A stretch of 64,000 nucleotides of DNA. Source: the human T2T-CHM13v2.0 reference genome, Homo sapiens. Shown here piece after piece: positions 61,401 through 64,000 of the stretch. The notes beneath the pieces are model-generated. The model did no database searches and was not told the DNA's origin. It saw only the letters and a list, made by a program, of their open reading frames with translations. Both the position numbers and the translations under genes were made by a program. Every line of letters starts with the position of its first letter. The first letter of the stretch is position 1. The stretch covers positions 38,720,001 through 38,784,000 of the forward strand of contig CP068257.2 of NCBI GenBank assembly GCA_009914755.4. The letters run 5' to 3'.

Positions 61401-64000
61401 TAGAACACAAGTTCTTGTAACACTGGAATTGGAATTCCAGGATGGGGAATGTGTTATGTATCTCAGACGCAGAAGGGAAAGAAGCCACCACGTACAGAAC
61501 GGTGAAGCCTCTGGGTCTACTCCCAAACACGAGCATTTCCCCCAGGTCCTGCCAAGCTCTGCAAGATGCTATTGAAGAGATGCTTCCCATAAAGGACCAA
61601 AGAGCAGTAGTACAGTGAATATAACCTCAGAAGCAATGTCCACAACTCAGTGAAATTTTTCAAAGCATGACACAGCTTGGCCAGAGCTCCTTAGGAAGCC
61701 ACAAGGTCAACTGTTAATCATGAAAAAAATTTTAACACATTCAAAAGATATAATAAAATTTACAATTCAACCCCCAAATCAAGTACTAAAAAGATCAATG
61801 AGCTGATACACATGTACAGAATTATTAGTGCATGTTAGATATCAGGCAAATTTTGCTTCCTTGACATCAAGTGTAAGCCCATATTTAATGCACGCAGCTC
61901 CAAAGGCTGGTTCCCTAATATCGGCTCCAAATTGAGACCACAAAGTCTTCTTGGATGAAAGATTTAGAATGCCCTCAAATCTAAAGAGTGCAGACTTAAA
62001 GGTATACTGCCAAAGAAAGGTAATGATTTCTCAGTCTCTCCCACTTCAAAGCCATACCCAAAGGCTCTGGCACCTTCCCCTTCATCATCCAGGAATCTCC
62101 AGATCCACGTGCATGACCTCTGATGCGGAGCAGCACTCAATCCATAACAGCTCCACGAACAGGGAATACATGGATGAGTCTTCATTAAGATTTAAACATG
62201 AAAAGACATGTTCCCAGCCCTTTTGTGAGCTTGTGCTTTGGAGGAGAAAATACAACGAAAATTCTAGAAAGCCACTTTACTAAATGTATATGTTTTTATA
62301 GGCATATTTTTTTAAAATCAAGGTAATAGGAAATCCATATTATCATTTTATAAAACTTTAACTTACATTTTTTTCTGACTACAAGTATAGGCACAGTGTG
62401 AAAAATCTGAAAAATAAAAACTAGAAAGAATAAAATATAAATCCCACATAATTCCATTACCAAGGATGAACAGCTGAACACCAGAGCTGACCATTATTAA
62501 CATGTTTGCATATATCCGTCTATGCTTTTTTCTACATATATATAGTATTTAGATAATTGAGATTAAACTGTTATTTAAATAGCTTTCCATTCAGCTTATT
62601 TTATTTGATCCTTTTATGAGATTCATGTGCTCAATGAATATTGTATGAATGTTGCTAAATTATGAGTGGCTACCTGTCATTTGAATGCTTTAATACATCA
62701 TTTTAATACTGTGTAATAATCCATTGGATGGGTATATAATAATTGGATTAGCCTATCTGTTCTTGAGTGTTTCTAATATTTCACCATTATAATTAAAATA
62801 AGTTTCCAAATAGATATTTTTCTGCATTTCTAATTATTTCTTTAATACAGTTCTCTCAAGGAAAGTTTCTGTGGTCAAATCTATACTTTTTCTTAAAGAA
62901 AGACATCAAACTGATAAATTCATGGAATAGTCAAGGCAGTTGTTGGGTGGTTTAATGCAATGACAATCTTGTGGGGGTCTAAATACAGCAGTGAATTCAC
63001 ACTTATCTACTTCACCTAGAATATGAAGATGAGGCGAGATAAAGATAAGAACAATGATCTTTATTGCTTACTACAGTCCAGGCATTTTTCATATTACTTC
63101 ATTTAATTCCCCTAACCCTTTTTATTAGTTGAATGAGAGGTCTGAGTTTCAGCAAGATTGCATAGGTTGAGGACCAAGGTCATACAATCTAGGCTTGCCT
63201 GACTCCCAATGCCACATTCTTTCTTCCACATCAGACCAGATGGCTTTTATACAGTCAGGATGAAAAATAATAGAATATGAACCTGCACTCAACAGGCTGT
63301 CAGAGTCTCTCAAGTCTCCATACATACACAATGCATCTGACTGCGTTTTAACCGCTTCCAGAGCCCTGGCAGCTATGTCTGGGAATGCAGCTTTTTGCTT
63401 CCCTGAGTCTTCAACCAAGGCAGGTAAACCAGAAAGAAGTGGAAATGCAATATTGAGCCACACAAACCCTGCACAGAAGTATTTACAGAAGAGTGAGAAA
63501 ATTCTTCCTAGCAGGGCCAAGCTATCTTTTCCCTAGAGGGAGCCTTGATCTTGGGCTGAGGTTTTGGATAATGGATGAATATCACCTGGAAGACAGGGGA
63601 GAGGGAGATTTTCAACACTGAGAACTGTAGAACCGAAGGCATACCAGTTCAGACTTGGATCCTTTGTGTGTAATTGGGGAGTACTAAGAGAGATTAGGAT
63701 AGAAATACAGACAGTCTTAGATGGCAGAGGGGTTTAAAACTTTAATCCCAGGATCTTTACTGTATGTTAAATATTTCCCAAGGGAACTCTAAGGAAAATT
63801 TATAAGGAAGTAAAGGTAGAATTAGGTAATTTTTACATGGTTAATTTGAGTGGTCAAACAATGTCGTTTGATACAAATATACTGTGTTCAGTCAGTGTAA
63901 TTGACGAAAAACATTGGCAAGATTGTTATGAAAATTCTAACTTCAATAAGAAATGATAGCATTGTATTTTAACTTCTTCCTCCCTTTCCTCTCTTGGCTG

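Noticed and set aside
63149-63520. 123-aa minus-strand ORF with fairly protein-like composition, not obviously inside a repeat
   Set aside because: No similarity to DSCAM upstream exons (checked against remembered Ig1/Ig2 sequence in all frames). No flanking splice-site consensus and no homology I can recall. A handful of ORFs this long are expected by chance in 64 kb. Kept only as a low-priority BLASTP/tblastn check.

Overview
This window is human (primate) nuclear DNA, not a prokaryotic locus. It carries five coding exons of a DSCAM-family gene on the minus strand, almost certainly DSCAM itself (Down syndrome cell adhesion molecule, chr21q22.2). The translations match what I remember of the DSCAM protein in order, from the second half of Ig2 through Ig6. 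In increasing + coordinates the exons are Ig6 6124-6399, Ig5 7142-7438, Ig4 15694-15969, Ig3 22200-22478 and the Ig2 C-terminal half 37835-37981. Every one is a symmetric phase 1/1 exon with a recognisable 3'ss/poly-Y tract and GT donor. The rest is intron, densely populated by interspersed repeats. I count about 19 Alu copies, many with readable target-site duplications (TSDs) and two young CpG-rich AluY. There are at least 7 L1 pieces, including a textbook twin-priming inversion insertion with a 14-bp TSD and a nested L1M/Alu/L1P/Alu cluster. I also see a MADE1 mariner MITE, MaLR (MLT1-type) LTRs, MIR and other ancient repeats, and several microsatellites. The most notable non-genic structure is a 39-bp-unit minisatellite (VNTR) of about 35 copies, about 1.37 kb, at 16066-17438. 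It ends only about 95 nt upstream of the Ig4 exon 3' splice site. Because 39 = 13 codons it keeps all six frames open, and it produces the longest ORFs in the track, which are spurious. Other items worth a second look are a short CpG-island-like block at about 55205-55445 in an otherwise CpG-depleted intron and a (GT)25 tract 125 nt upstream of the Ig2b exon acceptor. There is also an AT-rich palindromic minisatellite and a pair of inverted copies of one MER-type element that bracket two exons. No CRISPR, operon-like or other prokaryotic-type system is present. All repeat family names come from my memory of consensus sequences, and coordinates are +/- a few bp.
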